Shown: positions 10,052 through 19,935 of the stretch, one piece after another | How the letters are laid out: each line of letters starts with the position of its first letter | How positions within the stretch are numbered: position 1 is the stretch's first letter | From: Chloroflexota bacterium | GTDB taxonomy: Bacteria > Chloroflexota > UBA11872 > VXNJ01 | Direction of reading: 5' to 3' | Assembly (NCBI GenBank): GCA_965261345.1 | Contig: OZ253449.1 | Coordinates: 2,016,001-2,080,000, forward strand | DNA: 64,000 nt | Made by a program: the position numbers and the translations under genes | The notes under the pieces: model-generated | Told to the model about the DNA's origin: nothing | What the model saw: only the letters and a program-made list of their open reading frames with translations | Databases searched by the model: none

Positions 10052-13000
10052 ATGCGAGCGGCCAATTCAACTGAATTTGTGCACCTGCACGTCCATTCCG
10101 AATTCAGTCTGCTGGACGGAATGGGCAAGATTCCCGATCTGGTTAACCGGGCCGGCGATCTGGGAATGGGGGCCTTGGCGCTGACCGATCACGGATCGAT
10201 GTTCGGGGCCATGAATTTCTATCTGGAGGCGCGCCGCCAGGGGATCAAGCCAATCGTCGGGTGCGAGGTTTACGTGGCCGCCCGATCCATGTCCCAAAAG
10301 GAGGCGCGGCGCGACCAAAGCTCCTCCCATCTGACCTTGGTCTGCCAGGACGCGACCGGGTACCGCAACCTAATCGGGATGGTGTCGAAGGCCCACCTCA
10401 ACGGTTTCTACTACAAGCCGCGGATCGATCTTGACCTGCTTGCCAGCCAGTCCGAGGGCATCATTTGTCTGTCCGGCTGCCCGGCCAGCGACATGTCGCG
10501 CCGGATTCGCGACGGGAACCTCGAATCGGCCCGCCAGCTGGCGGGCCGTTACCGCGAGATCTTCGGGCCCGATCGATTCTTCATCGAAGTGATGAACCAC
10601 GATCTGGAAATCGAGCGCGTTCTCAACCCGGGCCTGCTGCAGATTGCCGGCGAACTAGGTGCCCGCCTGGTTGGCACCCAGGATGTTCACTACGTGGATC
10701 GGCAGGACCAGGAGGCCCACGACGTGCTGCTTTGCATCGGCACCAAGTCGAGGGTCGCCGACGCCTCACGGCTAAAGATGGACGGGTTTTACCATCTGGC
10801 CGGCGCCGAGGAAATGGAAAGTCGCCTGTCGGAATTTCCGGGTGCTTTCCAAAACACCGCCCTGGTGGCTGAGGCCTGCAACCTACAGCTTGATCTGGGC
10901 CGGATCTCATTGCCGCCAATAGATCTGCCCGAGGGCCGGACCGCGGCCGAGCACCTGCGCGAACTGTCCAGGGCCGGACTGGCCGAACGCCGTCCCGGGG
11001 ACGGCCCCACCTACCCCGAACGGCTAGAACACGAACTCGGGATCATCTGTTCGCTCGGGTTCGAAACCTATTTCCTAATCCATGCCGAGATATTCCAGTT
11101 CGTCCGCCAGCGTGGAATCCTGGCCGGTCCGCGCGGGTCGGTCGGAGGCTCGCTGGTGGCCTATGCGCTGCGGATTTCCGACATCGATCCGATTCAGCGC
11201 GATATTCCATTTGAGCGCTTCCTCAACGAGGGTCGCCGCGATCGTCCGCCGGACATCGACATGGACTTTCCAGACGATCACCGCGCGACCGTAATTGATT
11301 ACCTTTCGCGCAAGTACGGGCGCGAGCACGTGGCCCAGATTGCCACCTTCGGCACCATGGCCGCCCGCCAGGTGCTGCGCGACGTGGGCCGCGTAATGGA
11401 CATGCCCTACGACGCCGTTGACCGCATCGCCAAGGCGATCCCGCAGGTGGCGGTGGACCCCTGGGACCTTAAGCGGTCGCTCGCCAATGTGGAGGAAATC
11501 GCGCTCGCCTACCGCTCGGATCCGCAGGTCCAACGCTTGATCGATCTGGGTCTCAAGCTGGAGGGAATCTCGCGCAACCCTTCGGTCCATGCCGCAGGGG
11601 TTGTGGTGGCAAATACCCCACTGGCCCAGCACCTACCCCTGATGCGCGGTCAACAGGGCGAGCCAGTTTCGCAATTTACCTTCGATACCCTCGAGCAGAT
11701 CGGATTCTTAAAGCTCGACATTCTGGGGTTGTCGACCTTTCGAACTATTAGCACCGCGATCGGGCTGATCAGCGATCGGTACCAGCAGCAGATCGACCTT
11801 GAGACGATCCCGTTTGACGACTCGGCCACCTTTGCGATGCTCTCGAAGGGGCGTACGGTTGGATGTTTCCAACTGGAGAGCGAGGGTATGACCCGCGCGC
11901 TGGTGCAACTCCAACCGAGCCGCGTGGAAGACTTGGCAGTTCTGGTCGCGCTCTACCGCCCGGGACCGATGTCCAACATCGACCGCTATGTGGCGATGAA
12001 AAAGGACCCGACGCGGGTTCGCTATCTCCACCCAGCGCTCGAACCGATTCTCAAGGAGACCTATGGGGTAATGGTCTACCAAGACCAGGTCCTGGTGGCG
12101 GCGCGCGAGCTGGCCGGATTCAGCTGGCCCGAGATCGACGTCATGCGCAAAGCTCTCGGCAAAAAGATCCCGACCGAACTGGCCGAACAGCGCGAGAAAT
12201 TCCTATCCGGGGCGGCCGCCGGCGGTATCGCCCGCAACGTGGCCGAGTCCATATACGAACTGGTCGAGCCATTCGGTGGCTACGGATTCAATAAGGCCCA
12301 CGCTTTCTATTACGGTACGGTGGCCTATTGGACCGCCTACCTCAAAGCGAATTACCCGCGTGAATTTATGGCCGCGGTGCTTACCACCGCCAGCGGCGAT
12401 TCAGCCAAACTGGGCTCGGCCATCAGCGAGTGCCGCAATCTGGCCATATCGGTCAAGGGGCCAGACCTCAAGCGATCAGGCGCCGATTTTGAGGTCAGCG
12501 GGGACGACATCTACTTCGGCCTTGCAGCGATCAAAGGGATTGGACGCAAACTGGCCGACGACATAGTCGCGCACCGGACCAAACCATATGCGGATATGGC
12601 CGATCTGTGCAAACGGGCTTCCGGCCAGATCGGGCGGGCCCAGCTTGAGCGCCTGGCCAAATGCGGGGCACTGGATTATTTCGGTGAACGCAGCGCCCTG
12701 CTTGAATCGGTCGAACCAACGATTCGGCACCTTCAGTCACTGCGCGCCAGCGGATTAATCGACCAGCGGACCCTGTTCGGAGGAACGGGTTCAGATTCGC
12801 CTGGCCAACCGTCGGCGATGGCAATGACCTTGCCGTCGGTAGCTCCGGCCAGCCGCGAGCAGAAAGCGCTCTGGGAGCGCGAGGGGTTGGGAATCAATTT
12901 CACGCCCGACGAATTTGACGATGTGGCCCACAAATTGCGTGGTGCCAACCTCCCGCTCCCCGACGAAATTGGACCGGAACGCGTCGACACCGAGCCCGAG

Positions 13001-13699
13001 ACGGGCGGCGTGATCAGTGACCTGCGCCAATTCCGGACCCGCTACAACCGCCAAATGTGCGCATTTAAGCTATCGGCCGGCGGCGTTACCTCGCTGAGCG
13101 TTACGGTCCTGCCGCGGATGTTTGAGAAACGAGGTTCGATCCTGGCCGATGGCCGGATCGTCTGGCTGAAAGGCAAGGTCGAATCGGATGGTGCGACGGT
13201 GCGACTGGTGGTGAACGATTCGGGCAGGCTGGAGCCGCTGGCCCGTTTGGCCAGCAAGGGGGCCAGCGGCGCGACCCCGGGGCCCGCCCGGGCGGAGCGC
13301 GGTCCGTCGCCGCGGGATACCAGTGGCCAACCCGCCGTTGACCGACCGACCGCAGACGATGCTTCCTCGCACCCCGCCAACGGCCAACCGGCCGCCGCCG
13401 CGCCGGTCGACACAACTGTCAGCGCTGATCTGACCCATCAAGGCTCCGCAAAAACACCGCGGCGACTGCGCATGACCCTGAGCGGCCGGGAAACCGACGA
13501 TCTTGGTCGGCTGCGACTCTTGCGAGAGGAAATGCGGGCCAATCCGGGGCCGTTCTTTATCGAGCTGGAACTGCGCGGCGACGGTGAATCGATCGTCCTG
13601 CGCCTGCCCGGAAAAGTCGCCGATCCGGCGATGATCGCCGATGCCCTACCGGGCCAATTCGAGGTTGTCGGACCCGACACCGGCGCGGGCGGCGATTGA
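10052..13699 (+). CDS. dnaE: DNA polymerase III alpha subunit
   Basis: HLHVHSEFSLLDG PHP domain, PDIDMDF, LKLDILGL, YGFNKAHA, OB fold. Confidence 0.97.
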   Translation: MRAANSTEFVHLHVHSEFSLLDGMGKIPDLVNRAGDLGMGALALTDHGSMFGAMNFYLEARRQGIKPIVGCEVYVAARSMSQKEARRDQSSSHLTLVCQDATGYRNLIGMVSKAHLNGFYYKPRIDLDLLASQSEGIICLSGCPASDMSRRIRDGNLESARQLAGRYREIFGPDRFFIEVMNHDLEIERVLNPGLLQIAGELGARLVGTQDVHYVDRQDQEAHDVLLCIGTKSRVADASRLKMDGFYHLAGAEEMESRLSEFPGAFQNTALVAEACNLQLDLGRISLPPIDLPEGRTAAEHLRELSRAGLAERRPGDGPTYPERLEHELGIICSLGFETYFLIHAEIFQFVRQRGILAGPRGSVGGSLVAYALRISDIDPIQRDIPFERFLNEGRRDRPPDIDMDFPDDHRATVIDYLSRKYGREHVAQIATFGTMAARQVLRDVGRVMDMPYDAVDRIAKAIPQVAVDPWDLKRSLANVEEIALAYRSDPQVQRLIDLGLKLEGISRNPSVHAAGVVVANTPLAQHLPLMRGQQGEPVSQFTFDTLEQIGFLKLDILGLSTFRTISTAIGLISDRYQQQIDLETIPFDDSATFAMLSKGRTVGCFQLESEGMTRALVQLQPSRVEDLAVLVALYRPGPMSNIDRYVAMKKDPTRVRYLHPALEPILKETYGVMVYQDQVLVAARELAGFSWPEIDVMRKALGKKIPTELAEQREKFLSGAAAGGIARNVAESIYELVEPFGGYGFNKAHAFYYGTVAYWTAYLKANYPREFMAAVLTTASGDSAKLGSAISECRNLAISVKGPDLKRSGADFEVSGDDIYFGLAAIKGIGRKLADDIVAHRTKPYADMADLCKRASGQIGRAQLERLAKCGALDYFGERSALLESVEPTIRHLQSLRASGLIDQRTLFGGTGSDSPGQPSAMAMTLPSVAPASREQKALWEREGLGINFTPDEFDDVAHKLRGANLPLPDEIGPERVDTEPETGGVISDLRQFRTRYNRQMCAFKLSAGGVTSLSVTVLPRMFEKRGSILADGRIVWLKGKVESDGATVRLVVNDSGRLEPLARLASKGASGATPGPARAERGPSPRDTSGQPAVDRPTADDASSHPANGQPAAAAPVDTTVSADLTHQGSAKTPRRLRMTLSGRETDDLGRLRLLREEMRANPGPFFIELELRGDGESIVLRLPGKVADPAMIADALPGQFEVVGPDTGAGGD

Positions 13700-13813
13700 T
13701 TACATAATTTCAAAGACCTTTTCGGCTGCTCATTCCGCCACGGATCTGGCCGGCCGGCAGTTGCAATTGACCAAATCGGGCAAAACCGCCAAAACGCAAG
13801 GAGACGGCGCGCA

Positions 13814-14707
13814 ATGAGAGTTGGATTTATCGGCCTTGGCACGATGGGGTTACCCATGGCAACGAACCTGCTAAAAGCCGGGTACGAAACCGTTGTCTGG
13901 AACCGCACCGCGTCCAAAGCCGCAGAGCTCGTCGACGCCGGGGCGGTGTTGGCCGAATCACCCGGTGAACTGGCCGCGCAGTGCGATGTAATCGCGGCCT
14001 GTCTGCTCCTGCCGCAGATATCCGAAGACATTTTCCTGGGGCCCGGGGGAGTGGTCGAACGGGCGGCGGCCGGAGCGGTGCTTATCGACTTTTCGACCAA
14101 TGGAGTCGATACCGCCAAAAAGTGTTACGATGCCGCCCAGGCAAACGGCCAAGGGTACCTGGATGCACCGATATCCGGTGGGCCCTGGGGGGCCGAGGCC
14201 GGGACGCTGGCAATCATGGTGGGCGGCGATGAGGCCGCTTTCGACCGCGCCAAACCGGTGCTGGACGTGCTCGGCGGCAACGTAAATCTGATGGGTGGAC
14301 CGGGCGCGGGGGCGGTCACCAAACTGGCCAACCAGGTCATCTTCGCCGCCCAACTGGCTATCGCCGGGGAAGCCTTTGTGATGGCCCAGAAATTTGGGCT
14401 CAACCCAGAGGCCTTGCTCAATGTACTGCAATCGGCTACTGCGGCCTCGGCTTCACTGGACCGCAACTTCGCAATGAAGGTCTTTAAGCGCGATTTTTCG
14501 CCGGCGTTTTCGGTTGATTTGTTGGCCAAGGACCTGGGGCTAACCTCCGACCTGTGTCGAAGCCTGGGAGTGCGTAACAACGTCGGCCTGATTGCCGAGA
14601 GTTTTATGCGCGAGGCTCAGGCCCAGGGCAACGGCGGACTGGACATAACTGCTGCCGTATTGACCCTTGAAAATCTGGCCGGAGTCGAGGTGCGGCCCCC
14701 GGCCTAA
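13814..14707 (+). CDS. beta-hydroxyacid (3-hydroxyisobutyrate/tartronate semialdehyde-type) dehydrogenase
   Basis: GFIGLGTMG, DAPISGG, KLANQ, KDL. Confidence 0.9.
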   Translation: MRVGFIGLGTMGLPMATNLLKAGYETVVWNRTASKAAELVDAGAVLAESPGELAAQCDVIAACLLLPQISEDIFLGPGGVVERAAAGAVLIDFSTNGVDTAKKCYDAAQANGQGYLDAPISGGPWGAEAGTLAIMVGGDEAAFDRAKPVLDVLGGNVNLMGGPGAGAVTKLANQVIFAAQLAIAGEAFVMAQKFGLNPEALLNVLQSATAASASLDRNFAMKVFKRDFSPAFSVDLLAKDLGLTSDLCRSLGVRNNVGLIAESFMREAQAQGNGGLDITAAVLTLENLAGVEVRPPA

Positions 14708-14735
14708 CCGACCGTCCAAACTTCCAACCAGCGGG

Positions 14736-15134
14736 ATGTTGCGCCGGTTTCTGGTCGGCTGGGTCTCGGTCATCGTCGGGCTCGTGGCGGCCGACCTGCT
14801 GTTGGGCGACCGGCTGACGATGCCCGAGCAGACTTCAAACCTCTACTGGTCAACATCTGCCGGTTTTGCCTTCGCATTCGCCTTTCTGGTTACCTACGTG
14901 CGCCCGCTGGTGACTTCGATGCTGGGTCCGCTGGGGTGCCTGCTCACCTTTATCACATTGGGTTCGGTGCATCTGGTCAGCGCTACCGCCCTTTTCTGGC
15001 TGGCACTGCAGCTGCCCCTGGCAATTTCGGTTATCGATGCGGTCAGCGCGATCTGGGCGGTGTTGATCATTAGCGGCTGTTCAATCGCCGGTTCCCAGCT
15101 GTTGGGCGCCGGCCGGCGCGGGCGGGCGGGCTAG
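14736..15134 (+). CDS. 4-TM membrane protein, YvlD/phage_holin_4_2-like
   Basis: VRPLV...LTFITLG pattern, four hydrophobic helices; ATG at 14736. Confidence 0.7.
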   Translation: MLRRFLVGWVSVIVGLVAADLLLGDRLTMPEQTSNLYWSTSAGFAFAFAFLVTYVRPLVTSMLGPLGCLLTFITLGSVHLVSATALFWLALQLPLAISVIDAVSAIWAVLIISGCSIAGSQLLGAGRRGRAG

Positions 15135-15181
15135 GCAGATGCCCGATCGCTAGCGACCTGGCCGCCCGCGCCCACCTTGCA

Positions 15182-16894
15182 TTGCAGTCCGCTGACCGCC
15201 CGGTCGGATTCGGCCAATTGGCCAGCGTAGTTTACGCGGCCGAAAGATCGTCAATTCCCGCCGTGCTTGGGCTGCAATTGGCGGCGGCCTTGGATGCTGA
15301 CGCGCGGTTTTTCCGGGACCAAGGCCAGGTTTCGCTGGCGGCCTGGGAAATGCGCGATGTGGGCTTGCAACATGCCGAATTTGTGGCCCTGGATGTGGAG
15401 TCCAACGGCGGAGCCTCGGGACGCCACCGGATCATCGAGTTGGGCGCGGTCCGATTTGGGGTCGATGGGATCCGAGGCCGTTTCCAGACCTTGGTGGCGG
15501 CCCCGGCGCCGATCGCCCGGGCGGTGACCGCGATGACCGGGATCGAGGATGAAATGCTTTGCGGGGCCCCATCGCCGGCAAAGGCCCTCGAATCGCTGGC
15601 CGAATTCTGCCTGGGTGCGGTCTTGGTTGCCCACAACCTGGTCTCAGACCTAAATTACATAAACCAAGAGGCCCACTGGGCCGGGCTGCCAACCATGAGT
15701 GGAGACGGTCTGGACACAATGGCGATCGCGGCCTGGCAGCATCCCGACGGGGGGCCTTTCGGGTTGGCCCGTACGCTATCGCTCTACGGGTTGTTGGAGC
15801 AGTCGCTGCACCGCGCGGGGTCGGACGCCGAATCGGTGCGGGAGATCTTTCTGGCACAAATCGAACACGCCCGCGGCGCCGGTGTCGGCAAGGTTGGTCA
15901 GTTGCGCCAGATCTGTCAATCCGCGTTGACTCCCGATCCACATCTGGCTCGCTTGCTCGATCAGGCCGCCAAGCGACTACCGGCGCTGCCCGGGACGTAC
16001 CAGTTCATCGACGTAAACGGTAAAGTCCTCTACGTCGGCATGGCCAAATCGCTGCAGCGGCGGGTGCGGCAACACTTGGCAAATTCGAACCGGCACGCCC
16101 GCCGCCGCGACGGACTGCTAGAAAAAGTCGACCGAATCGAGCACCAAGTCTGCGGATCCGAGCTGGCCGCCATGATCTCCGAACAGGACCTGATCACTGG
16201 ACTGGATCCGCCGTTTAACCGCCAGAAGCGGTCGCACCGCGGCCCCCGTTACGTTGCCCTTAGCATGACCGGTAATCGCGGGCAATTGCGGGCCGTGGCC
16301 CAACCGCTGGGAACCGCCACGGCCTGCGCCGGTCCCTTCCGCACCGCCGCCAGCGCGCGCGAACTGGCGAGCCGACTACGCTCGGCGCTGGAAATTTCAG
16401 CTCGCTGGGATGAAGCCGGTCGGCCTTCGGCGAGCGGCCTTGCGGCGGCTGCCGCATTCCTGCGGGGTGGAATGGTTGCGGCACGACGGGAGTTGGGAGG
16501 TCAAGACGATCCGCAGGCTGCACGATATCTGCGACGCCTCAATTCCCGTGGACCTTGGCCGCGGCCCCTGCCCGGAGGAATGGCCGGACGCCCGGTGATC
16601 GCAGTCACTCACTCAGATATCCCCGGTCAAATTGCGATTTGGCTAATCGCCGCGGGCGCAGTGATCGCGCAACGGCCGGTTCCGCAGGCGGCCGAGGAAA
16701 TGTTGTCGGAAGCGGTCGAAGAATTGGTCGCAACTCCGATCCCCGAACCGGGCGATCGGCCCGACGCGGTGGGCAATCGGGTGGATCGTTGGCTTATCGG
16801 CAATGTCGATCGCCCCAACGTGATATGGATAGACGGCAACCGTGCCAAGATCGTGGCCCAGGCGAAGCGGGCGGCTCGCCGTTTGTGGACATGA
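15182..16894 (+). CDS. DEDDh exonuclease (DnaQ-like) fused to GIY-YIG (UvrC/Cho-like) nuclease
   Basis: FVALDVE, VAHN..SD, HRA.SDA followed by PGTYQF...LYVGMAKSL..RV..H, E..LI..LDPPFN. Confidence 0.88.
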   Translation: MQSADRPVGFGQLASVVYAAERSSIPAVLGLQLAAALDADARFFRDQGQVSLAAWEMRDVGLQHAEFVALDVESNGGASGRHRIIELGAVRFGVDGIRGRFQTLVAAPAPIARAVTAMTGIEDEMLCGAPSPAKALESLAEFCLGAVLVAHNLVSDLNYINQEAHWAGLPTMSGDGLDTMAIAAWQHPDGGPFGLARTLSLYGLLEQSLHRAGSDAESVREIFLAQIEHARGAGVGKVGQLRQICQSALTPDPHLARLLDQAAKRLPALPGTYQFIDVNGKVLYVGMAKSLQRRVRQHLANSNRHARRRDGLLEKVDRIEHQVCGSELAAMISEQDLITGLDPPFNRQKRSHRGPRYVALSMTGNRGQLRAVAQPLGTATACAGPFRTAASARELASRLRSALEISARWDEAGRPSASGLAAAAAFLRGGMVAARRELGGQDDPQAARYLRRLNSRGPWPRPLPGGMAGRPVIAVTHSDIPGQIAIWLIAAGAVIAQRPVPQAAEEMLSEAVEELVATPIPEPGDRPDAVGNRVDRWLIGNVDRPNVIWIDGNRAKIVAQAKRAARRLWT

Positions 16895-16920
16895 CCGGGA
16901 CGGCCCGGCCCGGCTGGTCC

Positions 16921-18287
16921 CTAGACCGCTCCGAGGGCGCTTAGCAGCGCCGCGGCCTTGTGCTGAGTTTCTTTGAATTCGGCCGGTGGCTGCGAATCGG
17001 CCACAATCCCGCCGCCGACGTGGAATTGCCACTCCCGTCCCTCGCTGTATATGGTCCGGATCGGGATCGAGGCGGAGACGTATCCGTCAAATCCGACCTG
17101 GACGATTGCGCCGCAATAGCCGCCGCGGGTTACCGGCTCCAATTCGGCGATTATTTCCATCGCCCGCAATTTGGGAGCGCCGGTCACCGATCCGCCCGGA
17201 AACATCGACCTTAGTAGATCAAGCGCCCGCGCGGGCCCCGAAACCCGGGCCGAAATAGTCGACTCCAAATGGTGGATCCGCTGATTCGTAACGATCTGTA
17301 ACAGCCGCTCTACGGCAACTGATCCGGGCTCGGCGATTTTTCCAAGGTCGTTTCGCAAGACATCGACGATCATTACGTTTTCGGCTCGGTCCTTGGGGCT
17401 CATGACCAATTCTTCGGCCAGGACCTGGTCGGCGACCGGGTCCTCTCCACGGGGCCGCGTCCCCTTGATCGGCCGGGTTTGCACGACCCCTTTTTGGTGG
17501 AGCAACAGCAATTCGGGTGAAGCTGAAATTACCGATTGGCCGCGCTGACTCAAAAATGCGGCCATCGGATCGGTTCCCGACCGCCGCAGGCGCAGGAAGA
17601 CATTCCAGGGATCGGCACCCAGACGGCCCGATAGGCGCCGGGCGATGTTGACTTGGTAGACATCGCCGGCGGCAATGTAACGCTGAACCTGTTCGACGGT
17701 TTGCATGTAGCCGGAACGCGTAAAGTCGCTCATTGCCCCACTTGAACGGATCGAAGGAATCGCCCGCCATCTGGTTCGGAGCGCGGTTAGCAGGCTGCGA
17801 CGGTCAGACAGCCCGGTCTGCGGTCGGGGGTCGGCCCCGTTTACGATCAGCCACGTCTCGCCTTTGCCCTCGTCGTGGGCGATCACCCAGCCGTAGAGCC
17901 CGAAGCGCATCAGGTGACGCCCCGCCGGTGCACGGCAGTTGCGGACCCGATCAAAGCAATAGCCGGCCTCGTATTCAATTTGCCCGATCGCCCCGCCCGA
18001 AAACGGAACCGGGCCGAAAGATACCTCGCCGTGGCCGGCAAGGACCAAGTCCGACAGCTGGGCAAGCGCGTCGCCTTCGGGCTGTCCCGGCAGCCAGTCC
18101 ACCCAGGCGTACGGGTCGGCGGTTAGATAGCTGTGCCCGGTAACACCATTGGCGATAAACGCCAGGCCCGGCAGGTGACGGAGGTCCTCGGCGATCAACT
18201 CCAGCGGAGCCGACGACCGCAAGCGCTCGTATTGGATTAACCGCAGGCGCCGGCGGTTCGGGTTCGCCCCGGAAGGATCAATGGGCA

Positions 18288-18288
<1 letters not shown>
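16921..18288 (-). CDS. pabB: aminodeoxychorismate synthase component I
   Basis: GDVYQVN, SASPE, TRPIKGT, KDRAENVMIVD..RNDL, FPGGSVTGAPK, GGGIVADS; exact start uncertain. Confidence 0.88.
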
Positions 18289-18361
<73 letters not shown>

Positions 18362-18425
18362 GTGAGGGTTGTTAGGGAGGTTCAAGCATACTAATTTGAG
18401 CCGCCGGACCACCGGCGTTAGGGAT

Positions 18426-18535
18426 TTGAAGGGCTAATGCAATGGGGCTTATATACCTAACTAGCACAAGGCCCGTCGGCATACATTTACGCCGCCTCGC
18501 CGGCGGCCGCGGGCATAACCCCGCCCGCGAGAGCC
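18426..18535 (-). ncRNA. putative TnpB omega/right-end RNA
   Basis: Consecutive hairpins overlapping and following the tnpB stop (GCGGGC..GCCCGC; GCCGCC..GGCGGC; TGTATGCC..GGTATATA). Boundaries uncertain. Confidence 0.5.
18436..18462. repeat. left copy of 27-bp imperfect inverted repeat (partner 19909-19935)
   Basis: GCTTATATACCTAACT (18447-18462) is the exact reverse complement of 19909-19924; 24/27 over the extended match. Confidence 0.9.
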
Positions 18536-19634
18536 TTCTGAAGGATGTTTAAGGCCGCGTTGTGATCGCGGTCGATATCCAGACCGCATTCACATACGTG
18601 CCTTCTCACCTCCAGGCTCTTTCTGACCATCGCACCGCAACTGCTGCAGCGCTGCGAGGTGTTTCTGGGGTTGACGAATACCAGCTCCCTACCGGCGCTC
18701 TCGGCCTTGTAGAGAAGCTGACTGATGATCCGTCCCCAGCTTTGTTCCAATATGGCGCGGTTCAGTCCGCGCTTTCTGGCCCCGCCCGATCTGGTCATGG
18801 CCTTTTTGTCCAGCTTCTCCACGGCTATATATCCGTAGCACCGGATCAAATCGGTCGTTATCCGATGGCACTGGTTCCTGTCCCTGATCCGGGCCCGCTC
18901 ATGCGCGTTGGCCAGGATGCGACGGCGCTGCCGGAAGCGGCGGCTGCCCTTCTTGCATGCCGACAGGCGCCGCTGCTTGCCGACTATCTCGGCGCGGTCC
19001 ACCTGGCGGCGCTCGATCTTTCGACCCTCACTGGTGGTGATGCGGGCCATAACTCCCATGTCCAGGCCGACCTTGGCCGGGTCATATGGCAACGGCTCCA
19101 TCTCAACCGCGTAGGCCCGGTTCACGGCTATGCGCCGTCCCCGGAAGGCAATACGGATCGTCTTCAGGTCTTCTGAAGGCGGCAGCGCTCGCCCGGTCCG
19201 GATCTTAATCGCCGGCAACCCTTTTACACGGACTGCGTAACCGCGCCCGTCGGGTCTGACCATCGCGGGCGTAGTTTGTTCCAGCTGGATCGTGCGGTAG
19301 CGATGATGCGGCTTATAGCGCGGGAATCCTGGTTTCTCACCGTTCTTACAGCGGCGGTAAAAGGCCTGCTTGGTGCTTTCGGCGCGAGTGAGCGCACCGC
19401 GCCGATATCGACCGACAGGGTCCCCCAGAACGGGTCCTGGCTGCGGGTACGAGTGAACGCCTTCATGCGGTCGAACAGTGAATCGCTATTGCCGCATTCT
19501 TTGTAGGACCGGCGCCATTCTTCCAGTTCGGCGTTGTACAGCTCGGCGCATCCGGAGAGCACCTGGTTGAGCCGATCGCAGCCGCGGCGGCTCAGGAAGC
19601 CGCGCCGCTGGAAGGTGCGGTAGGTGGTCGGCAT
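18487..19634 (-). pseudogene. tnpB: TnpB RNA-guided endonuclease (IS200/IS605, IS1341-like solo tnpB), one frameshift near 19400
   Basis: N-part MPTTYRTFQRR..LYNAELEEW; after the shift FYRRCKNGEKPGFPRYK, VGLDMG (D), AVEKL (E), NPRNTSQRCSSCG, CECG, DRDHNAA (D). No tnpA nearby. Confidence 0.9.
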
Positions 19635-19908
19635 TTGCCGGTGTTCTATATATATGGGTTCTATTTTTAAGGCCTTAAGTATATATGGTATGTTCGATAT
19701 ACTGTTTGCGCCCATGCGTTCGTTGATATCGTCGGGCGGGCGAGCAAGCAAGACGGCACACCGCCCTCCTCTATGGAAGGCCCTTTACGATCTCGGCGTC
19801 AATTTCCGCTGGTAGTGGGTCTGGTCGATCGGTGGCTGCGATTCGGCGCCGACAATCATGCGTGTGTGAAACCGGCGGGGTTCATTAAGATTCAGTCGGG
19901 TTGGATCA

Positions 19909-19935
19909 AGTTAGGTATATAAGCGCCAATGCAAT
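19909..19935. repeat. right copy of 27-bp inverted repeat, overlapping putative -10 box and ATG of ADP-ribosylglycohydrolase
   Basis: AGTTAGGTATATAAGCGCCAATGCAAT; ATG at 19929. Confidence 0.9.

Noticed and set aside
13250-13450. Possible intein or insertion in dnaE
   Set aside because: Pro/Ala-rich linker before the C-terminal domain; no intein splice motifs or homing endonuclease.
18487-19263. Nuclease-dead TldR-type repressor
   Set aside because: All three RuvC acidic residues are present in the translation.
18362-19935. CRISPR array associated with TnpB/Cas12f
   Set aside because: No regularly spaced direct repeats; only isolated motif copies.
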